Positions 22,069-34,395 of a DNA stretch of 44,600 bases are shown one piece after another (position 1 is the stretch's first letter; each line of letters begins with the position of its first letter). The notes under the pieces are model-generated. The model had not been told where the DNA came from, did no database searches, and was given only the letters and a program-made list of their open reading frames with translations. The position numbers and the translations under genes are program-made. This DNA comes from Octopus bimaculoides. Lineage: Eukaryota. The stretch is from the NCBI RefSeq assembly GCF_001194135.2, contig NC_068983.1:2505700-2550299 (forward strand), in the 5' to 3' direction.

Positions 22069-22836
22069 GAGAGAGAGATACATGTGTTTATATATGTATT
22101 TATAGATAGATAGATACATACATATATATTTATGTGTGTGTGTAAATATATATATATATACACACACACACATGTATTTATATACGTACTTATATGTGTG
22201 TGTGTGTTTGTGTATACGGAAACACACACACACACACACACACACACACTTCTATAATTACGTATTCCTAGTGCTTATTGTAGACATCATTGAAGGCTAA
22301 ATCAAGATAAATCATATATGATATATTATTAACCTATAAGCCAACGAAACATGCAAAGTTCAAATTACTCAACACATTTCTGAAGTCATTAACGAAGAAA
22401 TACTTCTGCTAATGTCTGTCCGCTGAATACATTTCGTTTCATTGAAACTCTAAATAAATGTTCAATGGAGTCCTACATGACAGCCGTGTCTCTTTATTCA
22501 GTATCTATCGCCTAATTGGATGCATACACTATAGCTATTGCTATATGTTCATGAATATCTCTCCAACCGAAAGAAATACTCATTACAGCTAGTTTTAAAA
22601 GTAACAACTATATTTTTATATACCTACGCATAAGAACCGACACACGCAGTTACAGATGTATAATGCGCACGCATGCAAACAAATAAATATACAAACACAC
22701 GGGTATGCAAACATATAAGTTCAATGGCCAATGTTTTTTTTATGCTTACAAAGTAATATATAGAAATACATATGTAGATGCATATGTAGGCACACACATA
22801 TACATCTTTCACCTCCTCTCTCCCACTCTCTCTCCT

Positions 22837-22867
<31 letters not shown>

Positions 22868-23506
22868 NNNNNNNNNNNNNNNNNNNNNNNNNNNNNNNNN
22901 NNNNNNNNNNNNNNNNNNNNNNNNNNNNNNNNNNNNNNNNNNNNNNNNNNNNNNNNNNNNNNNNNNNNNNNNNNNNNNNNNNNNNNNNNNNNNNNNNNNN
23001 NNNNNNNNNNNNNNNNNNNNNNNNNNNNNNNNNNNNNNNNNNNNNNNNNNNNNNNNNNNNNNNNNNNNNNNNNNNNNNNNNNNNNNNNNNNNNNNNNNNN
23101 NNNNNNNNNNNNNNNNNNNNNNNNNNNNNNNNNNNNNNNNNNNNNNNNNNNNNNNNNNNNNNNNNNNNNNNNNNNNNNNNNNNNNNNNNNNNNNNNNNNN
23201 NNNNNNNNNNNNNNNNNNNNNNNNNNNNNNNNNNNNNNNNNNNNNNNNNNNNNNNNNNNNNNNNNNNNNNNNNNNNNNNNNNNNNNNNNNNNNNNNNNNN
23301 NNNNNNNNNNNNNNNNNNNNNNNNNNNNNNNNNNNNNNNNNNNNNNNNNNNNNNNNNNNNNNNNNNNNNNNNNNNNNNNNNNNNNNNNNNNNNNNNNNNN
23401 NNNNNNNNNNNNNNNNNNNNNNNNNNNNNNNNNNNNNNNNNNNNNNNNNNNNNNNNNNNNNNNNNNNNNNNNNNNNNNNNNNNNNNNNNNNNNNNNNNNN
23501 NNNNNN

Positions 23507-23736
23507 TGTGTGTGTGTGTGTGTGTGTTCGTGTGTCTGTTTGTCCCCACTAACATCGCATGACAACCGATGTTGGTGTGTTTACGTCCTCGTGACTTGGC
23601 GGTTCGGCAAAAGAAACCGATAGAATAAGTACTAGGCTTACGAAGAATAAGTCCTGGGGTTGACTTGTTCGACTGAAGGTGGTGCTCCAGCATGGCCGCA
23701 GTCAAATGACTGAAACAAGTAAAAGAGTAAAAGAGT
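23507..23736 (+). mobile_element. SINE family A, 3' half with (AAAAGAGT)2 tail
   Basis: GACAACCGATGTTGGTGTGTTTACGTCC...GGTGGTGCTCCAGCATGGCCGCAGTCAAATGACTGAAACAAGTAAAAGAGTAAAAGAGT; 5' part lost in gap. Confidence 0.9.
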
Positions 23737-24761
23737 CTATATATAGCTGAAGGATGTAGCTATCCAATGCTTCTCGAGGGTGGGGGCTGCAGTCGCCTGT
23801 ATTTTTGATTCTGTTATCATTTTTTAATTGTTACACTTGATTATAACAGTGTCAATTGTATCTTCGTAAATTACTTTTTCGAGAATTATTTTTCTCGTGA
23901 ATTATTTGCTACGTATTGAAATGTGTTTGTGTGTGTGTACACACATAACGCCTATATATATATAACGGAGATGTATTTGCATAGCAAGTGACTTGATCTG
24001 AGATCATGCGCTGAAACAAAAACAATTGCAGTGTAGAAGGTGTTTATAAGCCATTTAAAAACACACAAAAACTGTAAGATGCACTTAAACATTTAAATTT
24101 TTTTGTGAAAATATTTTCGTCGCTTTGAAACCGCGACGCGTTACACACACACACACACACANNNNNNNNNNNNNNNNNNNNNNNNNNNNNNNNNNNNNNN
24201 NNNNNNNNNNNNNNNNNNNNNNNNNNNNNNNNNNNNNNNNNNNNNNNNNNNNNNNNNNNNNNNNNNNNNNNNNNNNNNNNNNNNNNNNNNNNNNNNNNNN
24301 NNNNNNNNNNNNNNNNNNNNNNNNNNNNNNNNNNNNNNNNNNNNNNNNNNNNNNNNNNNNNNNNNNNNNNNNNNNNNNNNNNNNNNNNNNNNNNNNNNNN
24401 NNNNNNNNNNNNNNNNNNNNNNNNNNNNNNNNNNNNNNNNNNNNNNNNNNNNNNNNNNNNNNNNNNNNNNNNNNNNNNNNNNNNNNNNNNNNNNNNNNNN
24501 NNNNNNNNNNNNNNNNNNNNNNNNNNNNNNNNNNNNNNNNNNNNNNNNNNNNNNNNNNNNNNNNNNNNNNNNNNNNNNNNNNNNNNNNNNNNNNNNNNNN
24601 NNNNNNNNNNNNNNNNNNNNNNNNNNNNNNNNNNNNNNNNNNNNNNNNNNNNNNNNNNNNNNNNNNNNNNNNNNNNNNNNNNNNNNNNNNNNNNNNNNNN
24701 NNNNNNNNNNNNNNNNNNNNNNNNNNNNNNNNNNNNNNNNNNNNNNNNNNNNNNNNNNNNN

Positions 24762-24798
<37 letters not shown>

Positions 24799-25393
24799 TG
24801 CCATATTTCCGGATATTATGCTATGTATCCTTCGTCCAGTCGTCCTTCTCGCCCAGTGTCCTACGAAATATTGAACCACTGTAGTGAACTAGCGAACTCC
24901 CAATGCCGCTATCAACAAAAACAGTCGTTCCTACCTGGCAAGGAATCAGAAATTTTTCGAGTGTAGAATTATTGATTTCTGTAAACAAATTCATCTAATC
25001 AGCCCTAATATATATTCCAAATACTTATCGATCTCTTGTGGATGCGCAACAAAAATGTTTTATAGATGTTGCATTTGAGAAAGGTATTAATTAAATGCCT
25101 TAATCTACCTAATCCGTTGCATTTTACCGTTTTTAACCAAACTTTGACGCCACTTATATGGAAAAGCATCAGATCAAAAGAACTTCTTCTCTTAATCGAA
25201 GACACTTCGATATTCTACAATCCGTTTTGGATTATTTTTATCTCAAAATTCTACATTCATGGATTCTACTCCTGCTGCACTCCCTTCGTCTTTGATCTTT
25301 ATATTGTCAGTGGAATACTCGAGGATTCCACCGTAAATATGCTCGGTAAAAGCTCTCGGCTTACTTGATAAGTTTTAACATATTTACCACAAT

Positions 25394-25690
25394 AGTGAAG
25401 GCACGTGGCCGAGTGGTCAGTTGTGATGCACTCAGAATTGGGAAATCGTGGCTTCGATTCCAAAACCAGCTGTGCGTTGTGTTCTTGAGCAAGACTCTTC
25501 ATTTCACGTTGCCCCAGCCCACTCAGCTGTAAATGATTCCACTCTGCGACCGTCTAGACTTCCAGTCAGGGGGAATATTGACATGCTTGCTTAGCAAGTG
25601 GGGTGAGCATCATTCGAAAGCTATGCAAAGGGCATTGTGATCAGCGATGCATAACAACGTCCGATAGTCTGGTCGATCACATGATCACTA
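25394..25690 (+). mobile_element. SINE with family B-type head and CORE-like segment, different body
   Basis: AGTGAAGGCACGTGGCCGAGTGGT...GCTTCGATTCC...GCGTTGTGTTCTTGAGCAAGAC; TGTG.CTTG.GCAAG.CAC resembles the CORE-SINE motif. Confidence 0.75.
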
Positions 25691-25738
25691 TAATGAACCA
25701 AAAAAATGTATGTCATTACTATTACACTTGTAATGAGG

Positions 25739-26045
25739 TGTGAAGGCGCATTGTTCAGTGGTTAGAGCGTCGGGCTCAGAATCATTAGGTAGTGAGTATG
25801 ATTCTTGGGCAAGACACTTTATTTCACGTTGCTCCAGTTCACTCAGCTGTAGAAATGAGTTGCGATGTCACTGGCGCCAAGCTGTATCGGCCCCTTTGCC
25901 TTTCCTTTGGATAACATCAGTGTCATAAAGAGGAGAGGCTTGCATGCATGGGCGACTGCTGGTCTTTTATAAAACAACTTAGCTCAGACTTGTGGCTCGG
26001 AAGATAACTTTCTCGGTGCAATCACATGATCATTCTTGACCGGTG
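25739..26045 (+). mobile_element. SINE with family B-type head, B-box region deleted
   Basis: TGTGAAGGCGCATTGTTCAGTGGTTAGAGCG...CTTGGGCAAGACACTTTATTTCACGTTGCTCCAGTTCACTCAGCTGTA. Confidence 0.7.
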
Positions 26046-26393
26046 CGTGGGGGTGGATCTCCTCCTTTGCTCTCAAGTAAGACAATGGAAGCAATCTGAG
26101 TAAACATTAACTGAAAACAGTTTGCACGATATTGTGGCTCATTTTTATTATCTACGGGAGACAAAACAGAATATTTGGACTTTATGAGAGCTTATCAATA
26201 AAACATGGTACGACCTGTTATTGTCTGATTTAAGACGAGTTTGTGTTGCAGCTAATGTGTGTCAATGCCACTGAGTGGTTGACAGCGTAAACTTGTTATT
26301 TGGAAACCATCCAGGAAAGTTTTCAACGCAGAATATATAAATTACTTTTAACATATTAAATTCACTTTGCCTCAAAAGCTAACAAGGAATACA

Positions 26394-26882
26394 GATGAAA
26401 TAACAGCGGAAACACCAATGTTAATCAATAGCAAATATTATTTTACTTATTTTGCACTGTAAGGGAGAGAATTCCAGATACGTTTTGGTCTTTTTATGAC
26501 CTCATCAGCTAAACACAGACTACATTGTATTTGCCGATGTAGTTGCTGAGTGAATCTCAAAATAAATGTATCAGACTGTACAATTCTTCATGAAGAACAC
26601 TAGCATTGTTTTCGAGTGGTGTTCTTCAAAATTGTAATCCCTAAAACCCCATAAAACACATTCCTTACGTCAAGCAACCCTTACATGCAAGTTTTAATAT
26701 ATTAATTAGTCGTTTTTCTTTCTCTTTCACGAATTAAATTTCACAACAGACCTCCGATTTAACATCACCCACTAACACATTGCCTGTCACTTAACGGCAT
26801 CCATTCTACTGCAAAGCTTTGTACCAGGGACCTCCCCCCCAATACACCCCACTCCAGTCACTGGAACTTTATAAATGAATGT
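26394..26882. repeat. Direct repeat copy 1 (~490 bp) with minus-strand hammerhead-like motif at 26473-26513
   Basis: Collinear with 28717-29197 at offset 2323 (roughly 85-90% identity by eye). Confidence 0.9.
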
Positions 26883-27424
26883 GAGCACCACTTTGGCTAA
26901 AAGATATAAAGTTTTATAAAACTGTCTTTGAACAATTTGGCAGTTCTTAAATCTTACGTCACAACTAGGATTTATGGAATTTTGTCTTAAACAGAACTTT
27001 GTTTTAGACAAAAATCTCCCACGAGTCCCCTATTATGATGTCATTTTTCTCACAGATCTTATTATTTCCTACAGATTCCATGATGTCCTAAAGGTCGGGA
27101 ATATGTTTGTACAATTAGGAATATAGAATTAAACCAGCAAAAATTATCGAACATGAATTTGTTTAAAATTAAGACTAATTATCATTATCGCTCTCAGAAT
27201 CTCATTTGATCTTACATGGAACTTCAGTGATCCGTAGAAACTCGGTTGTGAAGTTCTAGTTTAGAGACAGAAGTACCATCTGCCTGGAATATAGTACTAC
27301 ATTTAGTCTTGCATATTTAATACAAGAAAGAATGATAAAATTAGAAAATGTATGTTACTCGTCATATAACGGCAAACACGCATTTTTCAAAAAAAAAAAA
27401 AAAATGCCTGACCTTAAAATCGTG

Positions 27425-27625
27425 TCAAATATTGGCACAAGGCCAGCAATTTTGAGGGAACGTGATAAATCGATTACGGAACACAAGTGTTTGGCTTGTT
27501 TTTTTGTTTTTTTTATCGAGTCTGCAAGGATAAATGGCGAACTCGATCACGACGGGATCTGAACTCGGAATGAACAAATACTGGCAAGCTGTTCTTTCCT
27601 CTGTCCTAAACGCTTTCTGCCAGAT
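27425..27625 (-). mobile_element. SINE family C, diverged
   Basis: TATTGGCACAAGGCCAGCAATTTTGAGG...ATCGATTAC...GGATCTGAACTC...CTGCCAG. Confidence 0.7.
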
Positions 27626-28716
27626 TAACACCTTTTCATTAAAATAAAATCAAATTAAATTTCTCATTTGCATGACTCCTCCCATAATTACATTCTCACT
27701 TAGCCCGTCTCCTTCTCCTCCTGCCACCAAGCCTAATATGTGCAATTACCCTGCACCACTTATGTCAACACTCTCTCTCTAGCTATCTGTTTCTCTCCCT
27801 CCCTCTCCCCCTCTTTCTATCTCTTTGCCTCTCTCTATATAGGATAAAGTGTGACTACTGAATGCACCAGCCAGCCCGCCGGCCAGCATTTGTCTCGGCG
27901 ATTATTACTGCGTGGAGAATATTCTCCAAGGCATTGGCTTTGTTCTGCAGAAAAGGTGGTACCAATGCAGGCGACAAGGCAAATCTTTTTTACTTTTAAT
28001 AACAATGTCTTTTTGTTGTGTTGTGTGAATTATTTCTCGATTTTACAGAATAACTTACGCAATTTTTTATCAAATATCTCCAATATTCTCCCTGCTGTAG
28101 TAAGCCAAGGGATTATCATTAAGCAGTTTATACGTTTAATCTAGAGAGCTTTTCTTCGTCACAGATTAAATATTTAATTGTTTTAACAATGAACATTTTA
28201 ATGATTACTTAATCGGTGAATATTATTGAAAATATAATGTCTTGAAATCGTACAGCTGTTGTTACTGTTTCGTGAGTGGTGGTGGCGGCGACGGGGATGA
28301 TGTTGGTGGTGGCGACGGTGACGTCGACGACGACGACTATGGTGATGACGATAATTCCGGCGAATCTTACACATTTGGAATCAATAATTAAAACGAGAGG
28401 GAAAAGCGTTGAACAAAATTTATAAATAGCTCTGTTATATGTCGTGGAGGAGACAGGAGTTCGATCTAACGTTTTGTCGGACAAATAAATAAATAACAAA
28501 GTATCTATTCATTCCTAACATTTTATAACAGATTCTAATGTGAAAATGCTGAATGCAGTTGAGTTTCGCCATCGGAGAGAACCTCCTCCGTTAAGATAAT
28601 ATGGATTCATAACACATGCGATTTAGAGATACCGCACTGTATCGACCTTATTGTGTGTCTCCTCAATCAGAGCTATCCCTGAGCAATGAATCTAATAAGA
28701 GGAATAAAGATGTAGT

Positions 28717-29197
28717 GATGAAATAACAGCGGAAACAGCAATATTAATCAATAGCAAATATTATTTTATTTATTTTGGACGGTAAGGGAGAGAATTCCAG
28801 ATATGTTTTGGTCCTTTTATGACCTCATCAGCTAAACACAGATTTCATTGTATTTGCCGATGTGGTTGCTGGGTGAATTTCAAAATAAATGTATCAGACT
28901 GTACAATACTTCATGAAGAACACTAGCATTGTGTTCGAGTTGTGTTCCTCGAAATTGTAATCCCTAAAACCCCATAAAACACAGTCCTTACCTCAAGCAA
29001 CCCTTACATGCAAGTTTTAATATATTAATTAGTCGTTTTCTTTCTCTTTCACAAATTAAATTTCACAACAGACCTCCGATTTAACATCACCCCTAGCACA
29101 TTGGCTATCATTTAATGGCATCCATTCTACTGCAAAGTTTCGTGCTAGGTACCTTTCCCCGCCCCACCCCTGTCAGAGAAACTTTGTAAATGGATGT
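28717..29197. repeat. Direct repeat copy 2 with minus-strand hammerhead-like motif at 28796-28836
   Basis: See copy 1. Confidence 0.9.
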
Positions 29198-29483
29198 TTA
29201 TAGAAATCAGCCCAAAAATTGTGTTGTAAACACAAATTGCCTCAACGGGAGGAGGTGTTCTCCGATGAGGAAACACAACAATCATCAATATATTAACGTT
29301 CAAATCTACAACGTCATTGTTTTGCGAACACCTATGAAACGTTTAACAGTTTCGCTGACATCATCACGTGTCAGCAAATGATTAGTTTACGGGCTTCTAT
29401 AGACAAGAACTCATGCTCCTGTCGGATTCCTCGGTCAAGTGGAGTGTGTTTGACCGTGGACACACATACTACGGACGAAATAC

Positions 29484-29585
29484 TACGGTGTCTCAAAACA
29501 TCCTTACACCAGTAAACCACGTGTGTTATGAACACACATCGTCTGAGGAGAGGAGGTTTCTCCGATGAAGGAAAACAACAGGAAT
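29484..29585 (+). mobile_element. Tc1/mariner-like terminal sequence; inverted homologue at 28553-28641, partial third copy at 29235-29282
   Basis: TA-CGGTGTCTCAAAA...GTGTGTTATGAA...GAGGAGGTTTCTCCGATG versus CATCGGAGAGAACCTCCTC...TTCATAACACATGCG...GAGATACCG. Confidence 0.45.
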
Positions 29586-30504
29586 TGGTATCTTCATGTT
29601 CGAATTTAGCAGAATGCATTAAGAATGACCAGGAAACTATTGTTTGGGTTGTCGCTGGTCTGCAAGATCCCCATAAACAAATAAACAAACAAACAAATAA
29701 ATAAATAATAGCTTAATGAAAGATGGGCCCTGCCTGAAAATTAAAATTCCAATCTCTCTTCAACAAAGTAAAAATTCATAAANNNNNNNNNNNNNNNNNN
29801 NNNNNNNNNNNNNNNNNNNNNNNNNNNNNNNNNNNNNNNNNNNNNNNNNNNNNNNNNNNNNNNNNNNNNNNNNNNNNNNNNNNNNNNNNNNNNNNNNNNN
29901 NNNNNNNNNNNNNNNNNNNNNNNNNNNNNNNNNNNNNNNNNNNNNNNNNNNNNNNNNNNNNNNNNNNNNNNNNNNNNNNNNNNNNNNNNNNNNNNNNNNN
30001 NNNNNNNNNNNNNNNNNNNNNNNNNNNNNNNNNNNNNNNNNNNNNNNNNNNNNNNNNNNNNNNNNNNNNNNNNNNNNNNNNNNNNNNNNNNNNNNNNNNN
30101 NNNNNNNNNNNNNNNNNNNNTATATATATAATGGATGTTTGAATAATACAACCGGAACATCTGTGGCATGAATCATGTGTAAACTGCTCATTCACGTGTG
30201 TATGTGAGTGGGATGGGTGTAACTGTTGTATTAATAATGCCAAATCTATTTCCCACGCTGCTAATATCAGAACCCTTATCACCAACTGAATGATAAAACA
30301 AAACACAATCAGACACACAGCATTTCATGAACACACAAGTTTTCAGCTGGGTCAAAGTTCTTGACCTTGTCAGGTCAAAGGTCAAGACCGTAGTATAATA
30401 GTATTTATGTTACTTTAAATATATTTATCTATAATACAGTCTATATAAGAAACATTATTGGCTTTGTGACACATTTCTCTCCCCTCTCTCTCTATTTCTG
30501 TTGT

Positions 30505-30571
<67 letters not shown>

Positions 30572-30582
30572 AGAAGAAGAAG
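30505..30582. repeat. (TAC)n-(TGC)n-(GAA)n compound trinucleotide repeat
   Basis: Direct reading. Confidence 0.95.
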
Positions 30583-30673
30583 GTATAAAATATATACATA
30601 TATATGGAGGGTATGTGTGTGTGGATATGTATGATATATATATACGCGTGCGTGCCCACATAAATATATACAT

Positions 30674-30713
<40 letters not shown>

Positions 30714-31430
30714 GTGTGTGCGTGTGTGTGTATCATGATATGATGGCTGCAATTCGATTTCGACAACGCCATCGCTTGATTGTTCTTTCCTTAAACACGA
30801 GCAGCACAGATGTGGCGATGATGGGCGCCTCTTGCACTAGATGTTTATAGTAGTTACCACCCATGTTGACATGCTTTCATGCCACCCTGGACGTTTTTTT
30901 TTTGTTTTTTTTTTACTGTTCTGCTTTTTCGGCTCCGGCCAACCATAGTATGCAACACCTAATAGAAATATTTAAAATGAAACAATACCAGTGCCTAAAA
31001 CCTTTTAAAATGAACAAATGCCTTGCAGAAGGTCGGCCACACTTGCTGGACAATCTATGCATTTGCTCTAGAGGAAAAACTAATCTACATCGTTGGATGC
31101 AAACGAAGTTGCAGCTATTTCAGCAGAGATTTCTTTCTCCCAAAGACTAGGAAGTTTCTAAGCAAAGACCAGGGAATCTCTCGCTCCTTGCATTGGGACC
31201 AGCAGTTGACCCAGCTGTGTTTATCCAGGTTTTGCTTTTTGCTCTGCTGGGTGTCCAATGAGAACCACCATCCTTACCAAACTGGTTGAGCTGGGTTGTC
31301 AGTTTAGTCGCCGAGGGCCCGAACTTGCAACAGGTTGTACAGGGTTACATTTAACCAGAAGCACTAAGGGTGACCTGGCATCCATCCATATATGTCCATC
31401 CATCCATCTATCCATCCATCCATCCATACA

Positions 31431-31466
<36 letters not shown>

Positions 31467-31478
31467 CATACATACATA

Positions 31479-31662
31479 GGCGCAAGCAAGGGTGTATGGT
31501 TAGAAGCTTGTTTCCCAATCGAATGGTCGCAGGTTCAGTCCCACTGCGTGGTATCTACAACAAGTGCCTTCTACTATAGTCTCCGGCCGTCCATAAACGT
31601 GTGAATGGATTTAGTAGGTGGAAACTGAAAGGAGCCTGTCGTGTGGGGGAGTATGTGCGTGT

Positions 31663-31715
<53 letters not shown>

Positions 31716-31898
31716 TGTTTGTCCCTCACCACAACACTTGACAACCGGTGTTTATGTAGCCGTCAATTAAGTGGTTCGGCAAAAGTGAACGACGAGAAAA
31801 ATACGAGTGCTCTTGTTGTCCGCACCACTACAACTCTTCTTGGCGGTACCCCAGGATGGCTTTTGTCTAATGATCAAAGCAAGGTAAGAAATAAAAGA
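31479..31898 (+). mobile_element. SINE family A, full length with internal (GT)n
   Basis: Head GGCGCAAGC...GGTTCAGTCCCACTGCGTGG, body, (GT)n, GACAACCGGTG..., tail GGCGGTACCCCAGGATGGC...AAGAAATAAAAGAC. Confidence 0.85.
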
Positions 31899-31952
31899 CG
31901 CACACATACATACATACATACATACATGCATACATACATACATACATACATA

Positions 31953-32898
31953 AGATGAGCCTATATGAGCAGAAGACTATGCATGGATATGTTAGTAGAA
32001 AGCTCCGTGATGATAGCAACATCGATTATTATCAAAGTAGTTTATCATGCATCAATAGCCGGATTACTACCTCCCACTTTGAAGGATATGCGTCTGCAAT
32101 CCAGGAACAGGAAATATCAATCAAGTACCTGATAAACAAAAGGGATAGAGATGCAAGAAAAGCAGTAAAATGTGACAACCGATGCAGACTTTGTGCAGTT
32201 TACACCGAAGATATCACTCACTTCATAAGCAGTTGTCCGAAAATGTCATCACGGTGTTATCTACCGAAGAGACATGATGTTGTAGCTAGGACACTCTATA
32301 ATGAAATCAGTCGGAAGGATAACCCCGAGGACAAAGCAATAAGAACCCACAATATGGTAGAAGCCAGAGCCACTCATAATAAAAAGGAGTACTGCTTGAA
32401 TGTTCCAGTGAAGACCGCAATAAAATGTAAACGCAATAGACCTGATATAATAATTTGGGATAGAGAACAGAAACTGTACAGTTGTGTAAATTAAGCTGCC
32501 CAGCGGATGTTACCGTAAAGATGAAGATCAGTGAAGAAGTGAATACCTATGCTGAACTATCGAGAAATCTGCAGTTACTGTATCTTGAGAAATTAGGCTT
32601 CTCAAAAGCAGAAAGCAGAAATTCGAAGACTACAGATCAAATCCATCACTCGAATTGCAAAAATCTGTTTATCATTTAAATATATATGCACGTCTAGACA
32701 TGCAGCTATATGCATGAGAATACATACATAAAAAGAAAAAGAAACGTGTAAATCTGCACATGCACTGATTCCAAATACTGCACACATACACAAATACCCT
32801 GTTGTTGTTGTTGTTGTTGAAATTCCAATGAAGGAGCCTTGGATCTGAGTTAGAAACTTTTTCTTGACAAGAAATCTTGAAATAAAACCGAATAATGA
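31953..32898 (+). mobile_element. 5'-truncated R4/Dong-clade non-LTR retrotransposon: CCHC zinc knuckle plus restriction-like endonuclease, inactivated
   Basis: CRLC...EDITHFISSC (CCHC), RHD motif, RPDIIIWD, then a frameshift and (E>K)LSCPADV...TYAEL; internal deletion before LEKLGF; 3' UTR shared with 7440-7547 and 44368-44477. Confidence 0.9.
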
Positions 32899-34312
32899 CA
32901 TACATACACACTTCACATTCTCGATAAATCAAAAACATGATAATTTTCTCAGCATCGGCCAAACTGGCTGAAATATGATGTGGAAATTCGTGTCGTATTG
33001 ATGGCGGTGGACAAAGCATCACGTGATTAACATCTTGGTGACGTAGTCAGAATGTTATGCAAACTTGAGTAATTTAAATATTTTACCTTTCAATTCGTCT
33101 GATCAAATAATGTCTGCTGACAGTTATTAACAATTCTTTTAATCTGCTTACATTATTTATAACGGATTAGAGCAGATTAAGAGAATTATCTCCCTTGCTT
33201 TAAGTAAATTTCATTTATGAAGACTCGGAGAAGCTTATCTCATGTTTCTAGCTGCTGTTGTTGTTGTTGTTGTTGCTGTTGTGGCGGCGGAGGCGGTAGT
33301 TATAGGGGAGGAGGTGACCTTTACACGTGTTTCATTTGCTAATAGGAACTACAAAATTGTATATTTTGGATGAACATGTAAGAAATTTCTAATTAGAAAT
33401 TCTTCAGATAGACAATCAAATACTACAAAAATATACGTTTGAATGAAGCGTTTACATATATTTTTGGTTATCAAAAGTCGTATAGGTAGTTGGGCACAAA
33501 ATTAAGAAGAAATCAAGTAGAAGAAATGAGAGAGGTACATAAAATACACATACATTCATACTGTTACTATATAGTGTTGTTGCCAAATGCCAATCCCTCT
33601 GCCTAAAGATTAAATAGATTTTGTGCTTCATCAAAAGCCTCGCAGAGTAAACGGTAAATAATTTGGCAGAAGGCAGCAAGAGGCCACTGCTTTTAGGGTT
33701 TCCACGACAAATCCTGAATCTCCAGACTTTAAAATGGAGGACCATGATTTCATATTGCCCTATAGTCAATGTTGCTAAATATTTTTTGTTGCTATTTCTG
33801 TCGCGTTGCTATTTCTTTCGATGCTGCTGTATGCTTAGTGTTGCCATATATTTGGTGTGTGGCTGTTTATAGCCAGACTTATTCAAAAGTGGTTATGCTG
33901 CGTGATTATAGGATTATTACAGGTAATAAATCACTTCCGGCCGACACTAAACATCAAGACGCCGTTGTCAATGTCGGCAGCAATAACAGCAGCAGCAGCA
34001 ATCTAATAATAAAGCAGTAAATAAATATATAAAAAGACGTGAAAATTGTAATAACAGAAATAGCGAGAGCTACTTATATCGATGGCAAAATTAGCTTAGA
34101 ACATTTTTGTATAATAGCATTGATAACAACGACAGTTAGCTACAATAGCAATAACAAGTCGCAACAATAATAACTTGCTGCGTTAGCAACGGCGGTTTGC
34201 AACAACAGCAATGATAAACTGCTGCAGTAGCAACGACAGCTTACAGCAATAGCAAGGAAGCCATGTTGATGCTGCAATGGCAATGATAGAGTGTGACAAT
34301 AGCAACTCCATC

Positions 34313-34395
34313 TTAAAACAATAGCAACTTAAAACAATAGCAACTTAAGACAATAGCAACTTGAGACAATAGCAATAGCAACTTATATACAATAG
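34313..34395. repeat. 16-bp minisatellite, 4 copies plus partial
   Basis: TTAAAACAATAGCAAC x2, TTAAGACAATAGCAAC, TTGAGACAATAGCAA(TAGCAAC), TTATATACAATAGC. Confidence 0.9.

Noticed and set aside
34313-34395. Short regular repeats considered as a CRISPR-like array
   Set aside because: Units are contiguous with no unique spacers, the context is eukaryotic, and there are no cas genes.
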